A stretch of 64,000 nt of DNA, taken from Prasinococcaceae sp. CCMP 1430 (taxonomy: Eukaryota; Plantae; Prasinodermophyta). Shown one piece after another: positions 31,942-43,780 of the stretch. Location: contig RQSC01000020.1 in NCBI GenBank assembly GCA_013416795.1, positions 414,735 to 478,734 of the forward strand, given 5' to 3'. The stretch's first letter is position 1, and every line of letters starts with the position of its first letter. The notes under the pieces were generated by a model. The model did no database searches and was not told where the DNA came from. It saw nothing but the letters and a program-made list of their open reading frames with translations. Both the position numbers and the translations under genes were made by a program.

Positions 31942-32987
31942 TGGAGAGGCGACCTCGCACGGCCCCACGCCGCGCGGGCGCCCGGGCAGGGGGGAAGGAA
32001 GGGGGGTGGGGGGAAGGGGGGGGGGGGGAGCACCCCCTCCCCCTCGCCCGCGACAGCACCCCCTCCACACACACCTCTCCTCGCACGCGCGCACTGTGGC
32101 AAGGGGCGCGTGCGTCCCCGGCGCCTTTGCGGTTTCGCCGGGGTTTGGGTTTGGGCTCCCGCCTTTTTAAAAAAAAAAGATGTGTGGCGCGTTGGGAGGG
32201 CTTTCCGGAAGCGCATTTCGGAGCGTGGGTCCGCGGTCCGCGCGGGGGCAGTCTGATCACGCGAGGACCCTTCGCGCGCTCGTTTTACGGCAGCAGGCGT
32301 TTTGGGCACGGGTGCTCCGTACAGGCCAGCGCACAAACAAAAACAAAAAAGAAAAAGAAAAAGAAAAAGAAAAAGAAAAAGCGAGTGCGCGCGCGATGTC
32401 ATCGATTCGATTGAATCGATTGCTTCACAGCGCATACATACGCACATGCGTTGTGGAAATGGTATCAGAGGGGCGTGCCCGTGCGTGACGGTTCGCGTGC
32501 GGTCCGCTCCAATGCACCGTGATGGGACATGCGCACCACACCGCAGAAACAGAAAAAACAAAAAGATTTCGGTGTAAGGGTCCTTCTACGCGCATTCTGA
32601 CCTCTCAATTCTTTTCGTTTTTGTTGCTATGGGTATTTTGATGTGAAATGCATGTTCGCGACAAGATTTGGGCTCGGAGTAGTCTCCCGTGGCCTCGATG
32701 ACAGACGGATGCACATCATTTCAAGAGGTTTTGATGGTGCGCGTGCGTGTGGACCCTGATGGCGGGGACGCGACGGCGCCGACGGCGGGAGGGAAAAAAA
32801 ACGAAAAAAAAGCGCGGGGGAAAAGGCGCGAAAAAGGTCGCGTGCCCGTAACCCTCGCCGGCGGCCCGAGCCGCCACGCGCGCGCGCGCAGCGATTGCCC
32901 CATCGAATCGCAAGGCGCTGAGCCGCACCTTCGCAAAGCAGCGCCGCGCATGCGGNACTTGCCATTCTTCTCATAATCTCGCAGAAA

Positions 32988-34919
32988 GTGTTGCACGACG
33001 GGCGGGGACGAGGCACGGGAAACCGCCTCGGGAAGCGGGCGCTGGCCGGCTTGCAGCGGCGTCCGTGCGACCGCGCGCGCATCGGCGTGCTGGCGCGCGC
33101 GGCCAACGCCAAGCCGCTGACCGAGGGGCAGGAGGACGAGGAGGAGTTCCTGGCCTTCCTCGAAGAGCTTCGCGACTGCTGGCCCGACCTCCAGATGTTC
33201 GCGATGCGCGACTTCTGGCGCGCACAGCTCGAGTACTGGCGCGATCCCGACCGCGCCGACGCAAAGGCGCGCGCCGCGCAGCTGCGGGCGCGCCGCGTGG
33301 CCGACGCGGCGCGCGCGCGGCTCGAGCGCCGCTCGCTGCACCGGGACGAGGTCGAGCTCGACCTGCTGCAGCTGGAGCCTTACCTTGACTTCATTCCGGG
33401 CGAGGGCGAGCGCGAAGAGCTCGAGGAAGGCGACCTTCCCTTTGGTGCCACGCAGACCGACGAGGAGCGCGCCGACGCCGAGCTCAACGGTTACGCGCTG
33501 GAGGACCGCGAGTACGAGGCGGCGATGCAAGCGGCGCTCTCGGAGGCGCTGCTGGGTGCCGACGGATCCGAGAGCATTGACGAGAGCGACACGGCGCTGC
33601 TCACCGCCGACACGCCCCTCGAGCGCAAGAAGCGTGCCCTCGCGTCCTTCTCCAAGAGCCCCAAGGCGTTGGCGTTCCTCAAAGAATCCACCGAGCGGCT
33701 GGAGCGCGCGCGCGGCGGCGCTGGCGCCAGCGGAGCGGGCGTGGGTGCCCAGGCCGAGCTCGAGCTCGCCCTCGACCCCGAGACGGGCGAGCCGGCATTC
33801 GACTGGGGTGTGCCAATATTCAGCTCGGAGCGGATTGAGGAGCTCATCGGCAGCGGCCTCGGCCAGGAGGATCGCCACACGACCGAGCACGACGCCCAGT
33901 GGAACTTCGACTTCGTCTTCCGCGTGGACCCCCTGCTGCGCCACTACCAGAACGGCTGGGGCATTTTCTCGTCGCGGCGGCTCGTGCGCCGGCAGCTGCG
34001 CCACATTCGGGACGCGCTGCCCGACCTCAACCCGGTGGAGATCGTCCTCAACGACCCCTTCGCGATGACATTCGAGCCCGAGCACGACCCGCGCCAGTGC
34101 TTGCCCAAGGCGCAGGTGCCGCTGCTCAAGGATCTGCTGGAGGGCGCCGACGTGGAGGCGATGGTGTACCGCCACGGCTGCCTGCTGGCGGCGTATGTGG
34201 AAGAGGTGTCGGCGCACTTCGACGAGGTCAAGGAGCTGCTTCCGCACGAAGAGGCGATCAAGCTCGTGGAGGCGGTGCCGGAGCTACTCACTGTCGGCTT
34301 TAACGTCGAGGACAGGCAGCACAACCTCGACTGCCTGCGCGCGGCTCTCAAGGCGGGCGCCGACATCGGCCTGCACCCCGCACGCGTGTGCGACATGGTG
34401 CGCCACAACCCCAACATCATGCTCGCGGCCGACGCGCCGGCGATCAGCGCGGCGATCGTGCGCTGGGTGGACATGCTCGCCGAGTCGCCCGCCCCAGGCA
34501 ACGGCGTCTGGTATACCTACGGCGTCATGCCCATCGTGGCCTTCAATGACCCGCAGCTCGTCCAGCGCTACGCTTTTCTGCACGAGTGCCACGCCGAGCA
34601 GGAGCACCTGACGTTTGCACGCGTCATGGAGCCCGACGACGAGCAGTTCACGGAGCTCTTCCCGGATTATGCGAGCTGGTGCAACTCCAACGGCGTGGGC
34701 CCTGGCCACGTCGAGTGGGGCCCCGGCACGCACCCGTTCGAGGGCGACGTCGTCACGTTCGTCGACGAGGACGTGTACGAGTCGCTCGATGAGCGTGACG
34801 AGATGACTGTGGTTGAGTACGGCGAGGACATGGAGGGTCTGTTGGACATCCCGCGGGGCGGCCTGACGGCGTTCTCGCGGAATGCCACCACCGGCGTGCC
34901 GTGGAAGCCGTACGAATGA
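32988..34919 (+). CDS. Acidic organellar-type protein with mTERF-like helical repeats; start obscured by N at 32956
   Basis: 643-aa intronless ORF with transit-peptide-like ..VLARA. Repeats such as IRDALPDLNPVEIVLNDP, EAIKLVEAVPELL and VCDMVRHNPNIM resemble mTERF motifs. Confidence 0.55.
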   Translation: MLHDGRGRGTGNRLGKRALAGLQRRPCDRARIGVLARAANAKPLTEGQEDEEEFLAFLEELRDCWPDLQMFAMRDFWRAQLEYWRDPDRADAKARAAQLRARRVADAARARLERRSLHRDEVELDLLQLEPYLDFIPGEGEREELEEGDLPFGATQTDEERADAELNGYALEDREYEAAMQAALSEALLGADGSESIDESDTALLTADTPLERKKRALASFSKSPKALAFLKESTERLERARGGAGASGAGVGAQAELELALDPETGEPAFDWGVPIFSSERIEELIGSGLGQEDRHTTEHDAQWNFDFVFRVDPLLRHYQNGWGIFSSRRLVRRQLRHIRDALPDLNPVEIVLNDPFAMTFEPEHDPRQCLPKAQVPLLKDLLEGADVEAMVYRHGCLLAAYVEEVSAHFDEVKELLPHEEAIKLVEAVPELLTVGFNVEDRQHNLDCLRAALKAGADIGLHPARVCDMVRHNPNIMLAADAPAISAAIVRWVDMLAESPAPGNGVWYTYGVMPIVAFNDPQLVQRYAFLHECHAEQEHLTFARVMEPDDEQFTELFPDYASWCNSNGVGPGHVEWGPGTHPFEGDVVTFVDEDVYESLDERDEMTVVEYGEDMEGLLDIPRGGLTAFSRNATTGVPWKPYE

Positions 34920-35350
34920 GGCATGATGGCGTTCGTAGGCGCCGCGGGTGTGAGCGCACGCGCTGCGATCGGCCGTGCGCTGGGCAGATTGTCCGGCACT
35001 CGTCGCGTGCGCACACCAGCACGCGCGCGCAACGTGCCTCGGGCGCCCGCGCCGCGGGTGCAGCTGCTGGCGTCGTAAACAATGACGTTGACAATGGCAA
35101 CGCGGGGAGCCGCGGCGCGTGTGTGCGTGGTCGTGCCCGCGCGTATGCGAAGTTGTTGTTGCGAGGTTGAGGTTACGAAACGTGGGGTGCAAGGGAGAGC
35201 CTGCGGGCGGGGCGCATGCGGCGCACCTGTGGCGCGCGCGGCCACTTGCGTGCGCGCGCGGCCACTTGCGTGCGCGCGATGACTGCCACCCCGCGTCGCA
35301 CGGCTACGGGCCGGCCACAGGGACGCCTGCGGCAGGCGCTGGACGCCTCT

Positions 35351-36209
35351 TCATTCGTCCTCCTCGTCCCCTGCCCGCGCCGCAGCCGCCGCGCGCCCCC
35401 GTCGCCTGGGCTCGAGCGCACGGCGTATCTTCTCCTGCTCTTCCTTGGTGAGCTCAGCCGCGCTCGCGAACGGGTGGTCCTTGGGCACCGTCACCGCACC
35501 ATCCTTCTCGTTGACGTCGAAGTCCTCGCCCTCGCGGAAGGTCGTTTCCGTGGGCAAGCCCTCCGCCTGCGCGGTGTCCGCGACGCGCGTGGGTGAGGGT
35601 GCGGGCGTGTGCGGGCAAATACGTGCGCGCGTCCGCACGATTGCGTCAGAACTTGAGCACGCGGGGGGGGATGGACGCGGAGGGCGCCGAGCGAGCGAAT
35701 TCAAGGGGGGCACGCTCGCTCGCGCCTCATGCATGCACACGTGTGGGAGAGCAGGGCCATTCAGCATCGCCCTTGCTCAAGGGCGAGCGCCGCCTCAGCG
35801 CCGCACGCGCAAGAGAGAGGGAGAGCGAGGCGGCGCGCGAGCGCACCTTAAGCTGCTTGGCGCGGCGTTCACGCGCCTCGAGGATCTGCTGTTCCGTCAG
35901 CTCTGGCACCGACGTGCGGTTCATGCCCTGCGCATCGTTAGGGTCAGCCACGACGCCGCGGGCGAGAGCGAGACGAGAGAGGGGGTGGATGAGTGCGCCG
36001 CCTGAGCACGGGTAAGGGCAGGCGACGGGGAGAGGGGACTTGGGGTCAACCATCGGCGCCTGACGCACCTTAAGCGCCTTCTCCACGTCGCCATCCTCCC
36101 CGCTGGGGCGCCCCTCCTCGAGGAAGCCGCGCTCCTCGAGCGAGCCCATGCTCCCGCCCCCGCGGCCGCCGAGCACCGCGCGCGCGGCGAGCGCGAGCGC
36201 GAGCGCGCC
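35351..36209 (-). CDS. MCD1-like membrane protein; exons 36209-36069, 35927-35847, 35566-35351; 5' end in gap
   Basis: Phase-0 GT-AG splicing gives a TM helix then GSMGSLEERGFLEEGR..VEKALK|GMNRTSVPELTEQQILEARERRAKQLK|AEGLPTETTFREGED..VTVPKDHPFASAAEL, collinear with motifs recalled from plant MCD1. Confidence 0.6.
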
Positions 36210-36933
36210 NNNNNNNNNNNNNNNNNNNNNNNNNNNNNNNNNNNNNNNNNNNNNNNNNNNNNNNNNNNNNNNNNNNNNNNNNNNNNNNNNNNNNNNNNNN
36301 NNNNNNNNNNNNNNNNNNNNNNNNNNNNNNNNNNNNNNNNNNNNNNNNNNNNNNNNNNNNNNNNNNNNNNNNNNNNNNNNNNNNNNNNNNNNNNNNNNNN
36401 NNNNNNNNNNNNNNNNNNNNNNNNNNNNNNNNNNNNNNNNNNNNNNNNNNNNNNNNNNNNNNNNNNNNNNNNNNNNNNNNNNNNNNNNNNNNNNNNNNNN
36501 NNNNNNNNNNNNNNNNNNNNNNNNNNNNNNNNNNNNNNNNNNNNNNNNNNNNNNNNNNNNNNNNNNNNNNNNNNNNNNNNNNNNNNNNNNNNNNNNNNNN
36601 NNNNNNNNNNNNNNNNNNNNNNNNNNNNNNNNNNNNNNNNNNNNNNNNNNNNNNNNNNNNNNNNNNNNNNNNNNNNNNNNNNNNNNNNNNNNNNNNNNNN
36701 NNNNNNNNNNNNNNNNNNNNNNNNNNNNNNNNNNNNNNNNNNNNNNNNNNNNNNNNNNNNNNNNNNNNNNNNNNNNNNNNNNNNNNNNNNNNNNNNNNNN
36801 NNNNNNNNNNNNNNNNNNNNNNNNNNNNNNNNNNNNNNNNNNNNNNNNNNNNNNNNNNNNNNNNNNNNNNNNNNNNNNNNNNNNNNNNNNNNNNNNNNNN
36901 NNNNNNNNNNNNNNNNNNNNNNNNNNNNNNNNN
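36210..36933. other. Assembly gap
   Basis: N run. Confidence 1.
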
Positions 36934-36967
36934 GCGCGGGGGTCGGCGGGGCGGGCGGGCGGCGGCG

Positions 36968-39283
36968 ATGGGGAGGTGCGAGGCGCGGGCGGGCACCCGC
37001 CGTGTGGCGGACGGGGGCGAGTCCTGCGGCCCGCAGAACATGCTGCCCCGCGAGACCTACATGCGGCTCCTCATCCAGTCGCTGAGCAACCTGGGATACG
37101 CGGACGCGGTGTGAGCGCTCCAGCGGGGGTCGGGCGCCGCGCCCGAGGCTGAGCGCGTCGCCAAGCTGCGCCGAGCGGTGCTCGCGGGCGAGTGGGACGA
37201 CGCCTCGCGCGCGCTCGCCGACGTGCAGCGCGACGCCGACGCCGAAATTGAGGCCCAGAAGCCGGACAGCGACGGCGCGGGAGCGCGCGCGCACCCGCCC
37301 GCTGCGGCGGCCGCCGCGCGGTTCGCCCTGCTGCAGCAGAAGTACCTCGAGGCGCTGTACTCGGGTGACACGTCCGCCGCCATGAGGTGCCTGCGCCAGG
37401 AGCTCGCCCCCGCGGCCGCTGCCGCCAAGGCGGCCGCCAACGTTGATGAGCTGGCGCTGGCGAGGCTGCTCAGGCAGGGCTGCTCGCCCGAGGTTGATGC
37501 GCCGCCCACGGGGTCCGCGCTGCCTACCATGGCACAGCTCGCGCTGTGCATGGCCACCAAAGGCGGCAAGGCGCTCGAGCGCTCGGCGGCGGCCAGGATG
37601 CTCGGATGGAAGGGCGCGGGGGAGGCTGGGCGCATGGCCCTACTCGATCGCCTCCGTGAGCTGCTGCCCCCCCACCTCGTCCTTCCCGAGCAGCGCCTCG
37701 AAGAGCTGCTCGAGTCGCAACTGGCGACGAGGCAGGCGGCCTGCCCGTGGGTGCCGCGCGCGCACCTCTCGCTCCTGACCGACGCTACAGACAGTGGCTC
37801 GTACATCCCGAACGTCACCGCGCAGGTGCTCGAGGGGCACACGGACGAGGTGTGGCACCTGCAATTCAGCCATGGCGGCACCATGCTGGCCACGGCCAGC
37901 AAGGACGCGTCCACGATCATCTGGGACGTGCGCAGCAGCACCAAGGTCACTCTGCGTCACCGGCTTGTGCAGGCCGCGTCGGCGGCTGGGTCGGGTTGGA
38001 GCGACTCGTACGGCACCACAGGAAGCGACGACACAGACGGCGGCGCGGGTGGAGCCGGCGCCGGTGCAGGAGGTGATGACGCGCCCGCCGGCACCGCCGC
38101 ACAGATATCGTACTGCGCGTGGTCCCCCGATGACTCGCGGCTGCTCACCTGCGGCAACGACAAGCGCCGCACAAACGTCGTCAAAATGTGGGACTCTAAG
38201 GTGCGCTCCGTGCCGAGGCGCGTGCTGCGTGCGCGTGCGGGTGCGGGTGCGGGTGCGTTCGGTGCATTGCTCAGGGGGCTGACGCGGGCGCGTGGGCTAT
38301 TGCCTTGTACCGCGCTGCCCTGTTCGCAAGACGGGCGCGCTGCTGCGGACATTCGCGCACCACAGCGACAGCGTCACCGCGGTGGCGTGGATGCCTGGCG
38401 GCACCCATTTCTTCAGCGGCAGCCTCGACAAAAAGCTCATCATGTGGGACGCCAACAGTGGGGCCGTGCACGAGATTCTGGAGGGCAAGCGAGTGAACGA
38501 CCTGGCCGTGAGCGCGGACGGTGCGTGTGAGGCCGCGCACGAGCGGCGGTGTCGCGCAGCAGTCTTGCACAGCGTCTCTCCGATACCCATTCGTCTGACA
38601 CTCGCCCGCTTGTCCGCACGCGCGCGCAGGCAACACACTGGTGAGCATCGTGAGCGAGTCGAGCATCCAAGTCCTGCGCTTGGACACCAGGTCGCAAGCA
38701 TCTCGCGATCTGGGCGACAACTGCACGAGCCTGTCCATGAGTGCAGACGGGCGCTCCATCCTTGTCAACTTGAGCGCGCAGGAGGTACACCTGTACGACC
38801 TCGCCCGCTCCGTCGACGTGCTGGACGAAAAGGCACCACCCGTGATGTGTTATCGCGGCCAGAAACAAGGGCGCTACGTCATCCGCTCGTGCTTCGGTGG
38901 GCGCGATGAGTCATTTGTGGTCAGCGGCAGTGAGGACTCGCAGGTGTACGTGTGGAATCGCGCCACGGGCGAGCTGCTCGACGTGCTTGCCGGCCATTCG
39001 GGGACGGTGAACGCCGTCGCATGGAACCCCGCCGACCCGTACCAGTTCGCGAGCGCCTCGGACGACAAGACGGTGAGTACATGCGCGCGCGCGCGCGCGC
39101 GCGCGCTGGCTGCGCGGGCGGCACGCGTACGCATCCGCACTGTGCTGACCGTTCGCCCATACGCGCTGCGTGCGCTCCCACTCGCGACGAAAGATTCGCA
39201 TCTGGTCCACTCGAGGCAAGGTGATGGAGGCCATGTCGGCGAGCGCCGATGAGGACAGCCCGTCGGCCGGGGTCGGCGCGTAA
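36968..39283 (+). CDS. WDR26: WDR26/GID7 (LisH-CTLH-WD40) subunit of the CTLH/GID E3 ligase; in-frame TGA at 37112-37114
   Basis: RLLIQSLSNLGY, LRRAVLAGEWD, RFALLQQKYLEAL, LPEQRLEELLE, QVLEGHTDEVWHLQFSHGGTMLATASKD, YRGQKQGRYVIRSCFGG..FVVSGSEDSQVYVW..GHSGTVNAVAWNP..FASASDDKT|IRIW. Confidence 0.9.
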
Positions 39284-39493
39284 CGTGAACATTGTATTAG
39301 CTCTCTCTTAAAGAGACGAGGCATGTCAACCGCCATGGGTGGTGCCGGCGCGCTTCCCTGCCTGCTCGGTCGCCGCCAGCGACTCGTCCTGTTCGAGCAG
39401 GACGAAACGCATCCGGCCGGTCAAATGGCCCAGGGTGCCCAGCCGCCCCTGCGCGTCGCACAGAGCCACGGGCTACAAGGCTCGATCCTTTTC

Positions 39494-42400
39494 TCACGCG
39501 GGCGTGCAGCCCTTCTTCTTGCTGTAGGTGCAGTGCTTCTTGGCATCGCCCTTCTTGCACGCCTTCTTGGACTTTGCCTTCTTGCACAGCTTCTTCACCT
39601 GTTTCTTGCTGAGCTTGACCTCTTTGTTGCCCTCTTTCTTGCTCTTCTTTGACTTCTTGGATTCGGACAAGTCGAGGGGCGGCGGGACGCTCGTGTCACT
39701 CACCAGGGGCGCGTCGGGCGTCGAGCTCGCCGCCGAGACGACCGAGCCGCCCTTCTTGGCCTTCTTGGCCTTCTTGGCCTTCTTGGCCTTCCTGGGCTTC
39801 TTGGCCTTCTTCTTGGCCTTGTTGGCTGGCTTCTTGGGCTTCACCTTCGGGGGGGGCGGGCTCGGCGGTGGCGGGCTCGAAGGAGGAGGCGGGCTCGGAA
39901 AAGGCGCGGGTGCGTCGCCCGTGTCGTCGTCGCCCGCACCCTCGCCGTCGGGTGTGCCGCCGCTGCCTGGCGGGCCACACCACTCGCTCTCGGGGGTCTC
40001 ATGCCACTCGCAGATGCCCGCGCCCACGGCCTCGCACTCGTCCTCGCTCAGATCCGGCGTGCAGCTCTCCCGCGGGTCAATCGGGAGGGAAGGCACGGGC
40101 TCATCGTCGCCCGTCTCCTCGCCTTCAGGCGCGTCGCCGTGGCTGGGCGGGCCGCCGCCGCCTGGCGGGCCACACCACTCGCTCTCGGGGGTCTCATGCC
40201 ACTCGCAGATGCCCGCGCCCACGGCCTCGCACTCGTCCTCGCTCAGATCCGGCGTGCAGCTCTCCCGCGGGTCAATCGGGAGGGAAGGCACGGGCTCATC
40301 GTCGCCAGCGCCCCCGTGGTCTTCGCTGGGGCTCTCTGCATCTTCCTCCTCGTCGTGCTGCTCTTCGTCACCGTCGCCCTCGCCCGCGCCTTCGTCAAGT
40401 GGCACAGCCTGGCCGCAATAATCTCCACTCCACGCGCAGTGGGTGTCGGCAGCGCACTGCGCCGCTCCGGTGGACCGCCGCATGTATTCGGAGCATTCAT
40501 ACGCCGCCTTCTCGCATCCACCAGTGCCGTCGGAATTCAGATACCACACACAGCGCTGCTCCGTCATCGCGCCGCATTGGACCTCGTCCTGCACGTCCTT
40601 GCAAAAGCGCGCCGCTGCGCGACAGCTCCCACGAACCCAGCGGCCGCACGCCGGGTCGGCCTTGCAGTCGGCCTTGGAAGAGTGCCTCCAGCACTCGGCT
40701 GCGCAGTCACCACCCCACCCGTCGCCGCACCATTCCTCAAAGCCAGCCTTGACACTGCTTGTGGGGGCACTGTCGATGGTCAGGCTGTCCCAGGTCGTGC
40801 CGCTCAGAAAGCCCGCGCGCGGTGGAAAGTACGCCACTGGCTCGTCGTCTGGGTCGACGCTCGACACGTAGATGCCCGTGGTTGAGAAAGCGCAGTCGTA
40901 GTACTCCAGGCCAAAGGCGGGGTCGTCGCACGCAGGGTTGTCCGCGTAGTAATCGCTGGGCAGCGGGTTGGGCTCCGCTTCGGGGCTCCCGTCGACGACC
41001 ACGTCACAGCCTCCCGGGGGCTGCTCCCGAATCCTCGAAAAGATCGGGACAGGCACATAGCCGACTTCCATGCCCTCGGGTGGCGTGAGCAGCAGGTTCG
41101 AGTCGAGCTCGACCAAATCCTTCGGCAAGGCTCCCACGCCCTGCGCCGGCGAGAACCAGCCAGTGGTCGAATCGCTATTCGTCATGCGGTGGAGATTTTC
41201 GATGCGCGCCTGCATGTACGCCTTCGCGGCTCTCCGCTCAGAGTCGGAGCGCATCGCCGCAAAGGTGTTCGTCAGATCCGGCTGGTCGACAAAGCGGTAC
41301 CACTTGAAGCCAATCCATTGCTCCGTATTGGTCCGGGTACAGTACATCTTGTCGTCAGCCGGGCCTGGCGCCTCAAAGCAGTCGCCATCGTTCTCGTGTG
41401 GCTCCAAAAAGTTGCCCGTGTTGGGGCGGTGCGGCGGGAAGCGATTGGCCGACAGAGCCTCCAGCACGCTCTGTGACAGGTCCTTCTCGTCATGTAGCTC
41501 CACGCTGCCGTCCGCGCCTTGCTTGAGGATGCTTTGCACGATGCAAAAGCCCGGCTTGCTGTCGCAGTCGAGCTTGGAGGGGTCCAACTTGAACGCTGAC
41601 GGACAGCCTGCCTCGAGGCGTTGGGCGTCGTCCAACGTGATGGGTTGGACGCCCTCCACGGGGATCTGGAGCTCTGCGCCATCAAGCTCGGGCCCGAAAC
41701 GCAGCGCGGCGTCCTCGGGTGGCGCGTTGCAGTTCGGTGTGCCGGCCACAGCCAAGGCCGCGGCAGCGATGTCCGCCGGTGACTTGCCCGCGGGATCGGT
41801 CATGATGGTGTCCAACACCGACTCCATCGGCCGGCCCAGGTAGTACTGGAATCCCGACATAATGGTGCACGTTTCGCCGTCGTCATCCACGGGCAGCGCA
41901 AAGGCCGTCAGATTGTAGTACGTCTCCGATCCGACAGACGCACTGCGCGCGCCCAGCGCGCCTTCGAAACCGTTGGCAATGTAGCCGTAGGACACGCGCG
42001 GGTCGGCCCAGCTGATGGCGTCGGGATGCCAGTTGACGCGGCTCTCCCAGAAGTACTGCGCAGTGGCGAGCGCCGGACCGGCGTAGTTCTTGGCGTGCAC
42101 GAGGATGGTCTCGCCGTTGGTGTCGTCCTTCGGGCCGCGCCTCAGAATGGGCGTCTGAGTCAGCATGTACCCGAACATCCCGTTAATGCTCTCTCCGCCC
42201 TCGAAGCTCAGGAAATCCGACGGCACCAGCAGGCGGTTCGAGATACGAACGGCGCCGCCCAGGTTGGCGCACGGCTGCCGTCGATCGTTGAGGAAGGTGC
42301 CCCCGAAGAGCTCGTAGTTTCCATTGGTCGAGCCTGGCAGCATGAACTTCACCTGTCCGCGCGCCTCGGCGGTGTACGGCCAGTAGCCCATGCCGCCCTC

Positions 42401-43004
42401 GATCGAGCCGCGCACGCCGCAAAGGCCCTCCGCCTCATTGCAGCACCAAACGGAGCACTGCGAGTCGGTCGGTCGGGCGGGCGGGCGGGCGGGTGCGAGA
42501 GCTTGGGGTCAGCGGGCGCGCGAGACATGTGAGGCACCAGAAAGTGACGCACGCGCGCGCGCTCCCTAGCCACGTGCGCGGCGCGCGCTCACGCACCTGC
42601 TCCCTCGCAAATATGTCGTCTCCCGTTGCGCCGGTGGCGGCACCGCAGAAGGCCACCTCGGGGTTGGAGAGGTCCGGCTGCTCGTCGGGGGTGACGCACA
42701 CGAAGGACTGGTGGTTGATGTTGCACGTATCTGCGGGCGGCGCCTGCGGCTTGGTCCACTGGCCCCAGCCGAGCTGCTTCTGGGGCCCCGGCGCGCCCTC
42801 GCCGACGTCGGCGAGCAGATTCGCTGCGCGCAGGTAATACGACCATCCGCGGAGGTTTGCGGCCGGCCACTCGACGCTCGAGGTCGTCATGAAGACGTGC
42901 ACCGTTGCGTCCGACTCGGGGTGCGTGACGCACGGCGGGCGCGCGGACGCCGTGCCCGCGCCGAGCGCCGCGCCGAGCACGCGGCGCCGCGCCGCGCGCG
43001 GCAT
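39494..43004 (-). CDS. Large, probably secreted protein: unknown core + Cys-rich repeats + extensin-like Pro + Lys-rich tail; 2 exons (43004-42597, 42457-39494)
   Basis: 973-aa ORF plus a phase-0 upstream exon. Core motifs GSIEGGMGYW, KWYRFVDQP, LLLTPPEGMEVGYVPV; tail SPPPP, KKAKKAKK, CKKAKSKKACKK. Confidence 0.85.
39965..40306. repeat. Exact 147-bp intragenic duplication (39965-40111 and 40160-40306)
   Basis: Encodes DDEPVPSLPIDPRESCTPDLSEDECEAVGAGICEWHETPESEWCGPPG twice; no differences seen. Confidence 0.95.
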
Positions 43005-43780
43005 CGGCCCATCCCCCTCGGCCGCGCCTGCGATCGGAGGGAGGGAGGGAGGGAGGGAGGGAGGGAGGGAGGGAGGAGGTCCCCCCGTGCGCTCCCTCTG
43101 GACGCCCTGCACGCACGCGCGCCCCAGCCCCATCCGGCGCCCCGTTCCCCCAACCGACAGCAGCGCGCGCGAATCCGACCGAGCCCCAAACCTCGACCGT
43201 GGGCAGTTGCGCGCCCGCGCGCGCATGTACGTTCAACTTGACGTCACTTCGCCGATATCATAAACCCTCTAGATCTTACCCGAATGCGCACCGCGCGCGG
43301 GCTACGGCGCCGCAAGCTACGGCGCGCCCCCGGCACCCATCACATCATTGTGAAGGCAGTTTCTGAAAGAGTTTGGGTATGAAATGCACGACGCAGATGC
43401 GGTATCAATTTGAAAGCGGTCTTAGGGATGGTTGGGGTATAGGGTCCATGGGTCAGAGGCGGCGCGCCATCCCGGGGAGGAGCGAGACGCGGGTGTCGCA
43501 CCAGGGGGAACGCGCGTGGCGTGTACCAGGTCTGACCTTCGGTGGCACCGGTCTTTACCCGGTGTCGAGTTGGAGAGACCCGGTTCGAGAGGACGTAGTG
43601 CAGTTTCGTTCGCCGCAGCTGTTCCCCGATCGGCGCGCAGCTGGCGATGCGCGCCGCCGGTGCTGGTGTGTGGGGGGGGGGTGAGGGGGGCCAGCCCGTG
43701 CTGCTCTGCTGCAGGCCGGCAGGCGCTGTGAGGGCGCGCGGCGCCTCCCGTGCGGGGCACTGCGCGCGCGGCGCGCGGCG

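Noticed and set aside
32640-32760. Possible C/D box snoRNA in AT-rich intergenic DNA
   Set aside because: No canonical RUGAUGA C box or terminal stem, and no recognisable rRNA guide.
37112-37114. Genetic-code reassignment or selenocysteine at TGA
   Set aside because: TGA terminates many genes in this window, the position is not a conserved Cys or Trp, and no SECIS was identified.
43370-43620. tRNA-derived SINE or Pol III gene (ggttcgaga, caccgg..ccggtg hairpin)
   Set aside because: The B-box match is incomplete, with no A box, cloverleaf, tail or second copy in the window.
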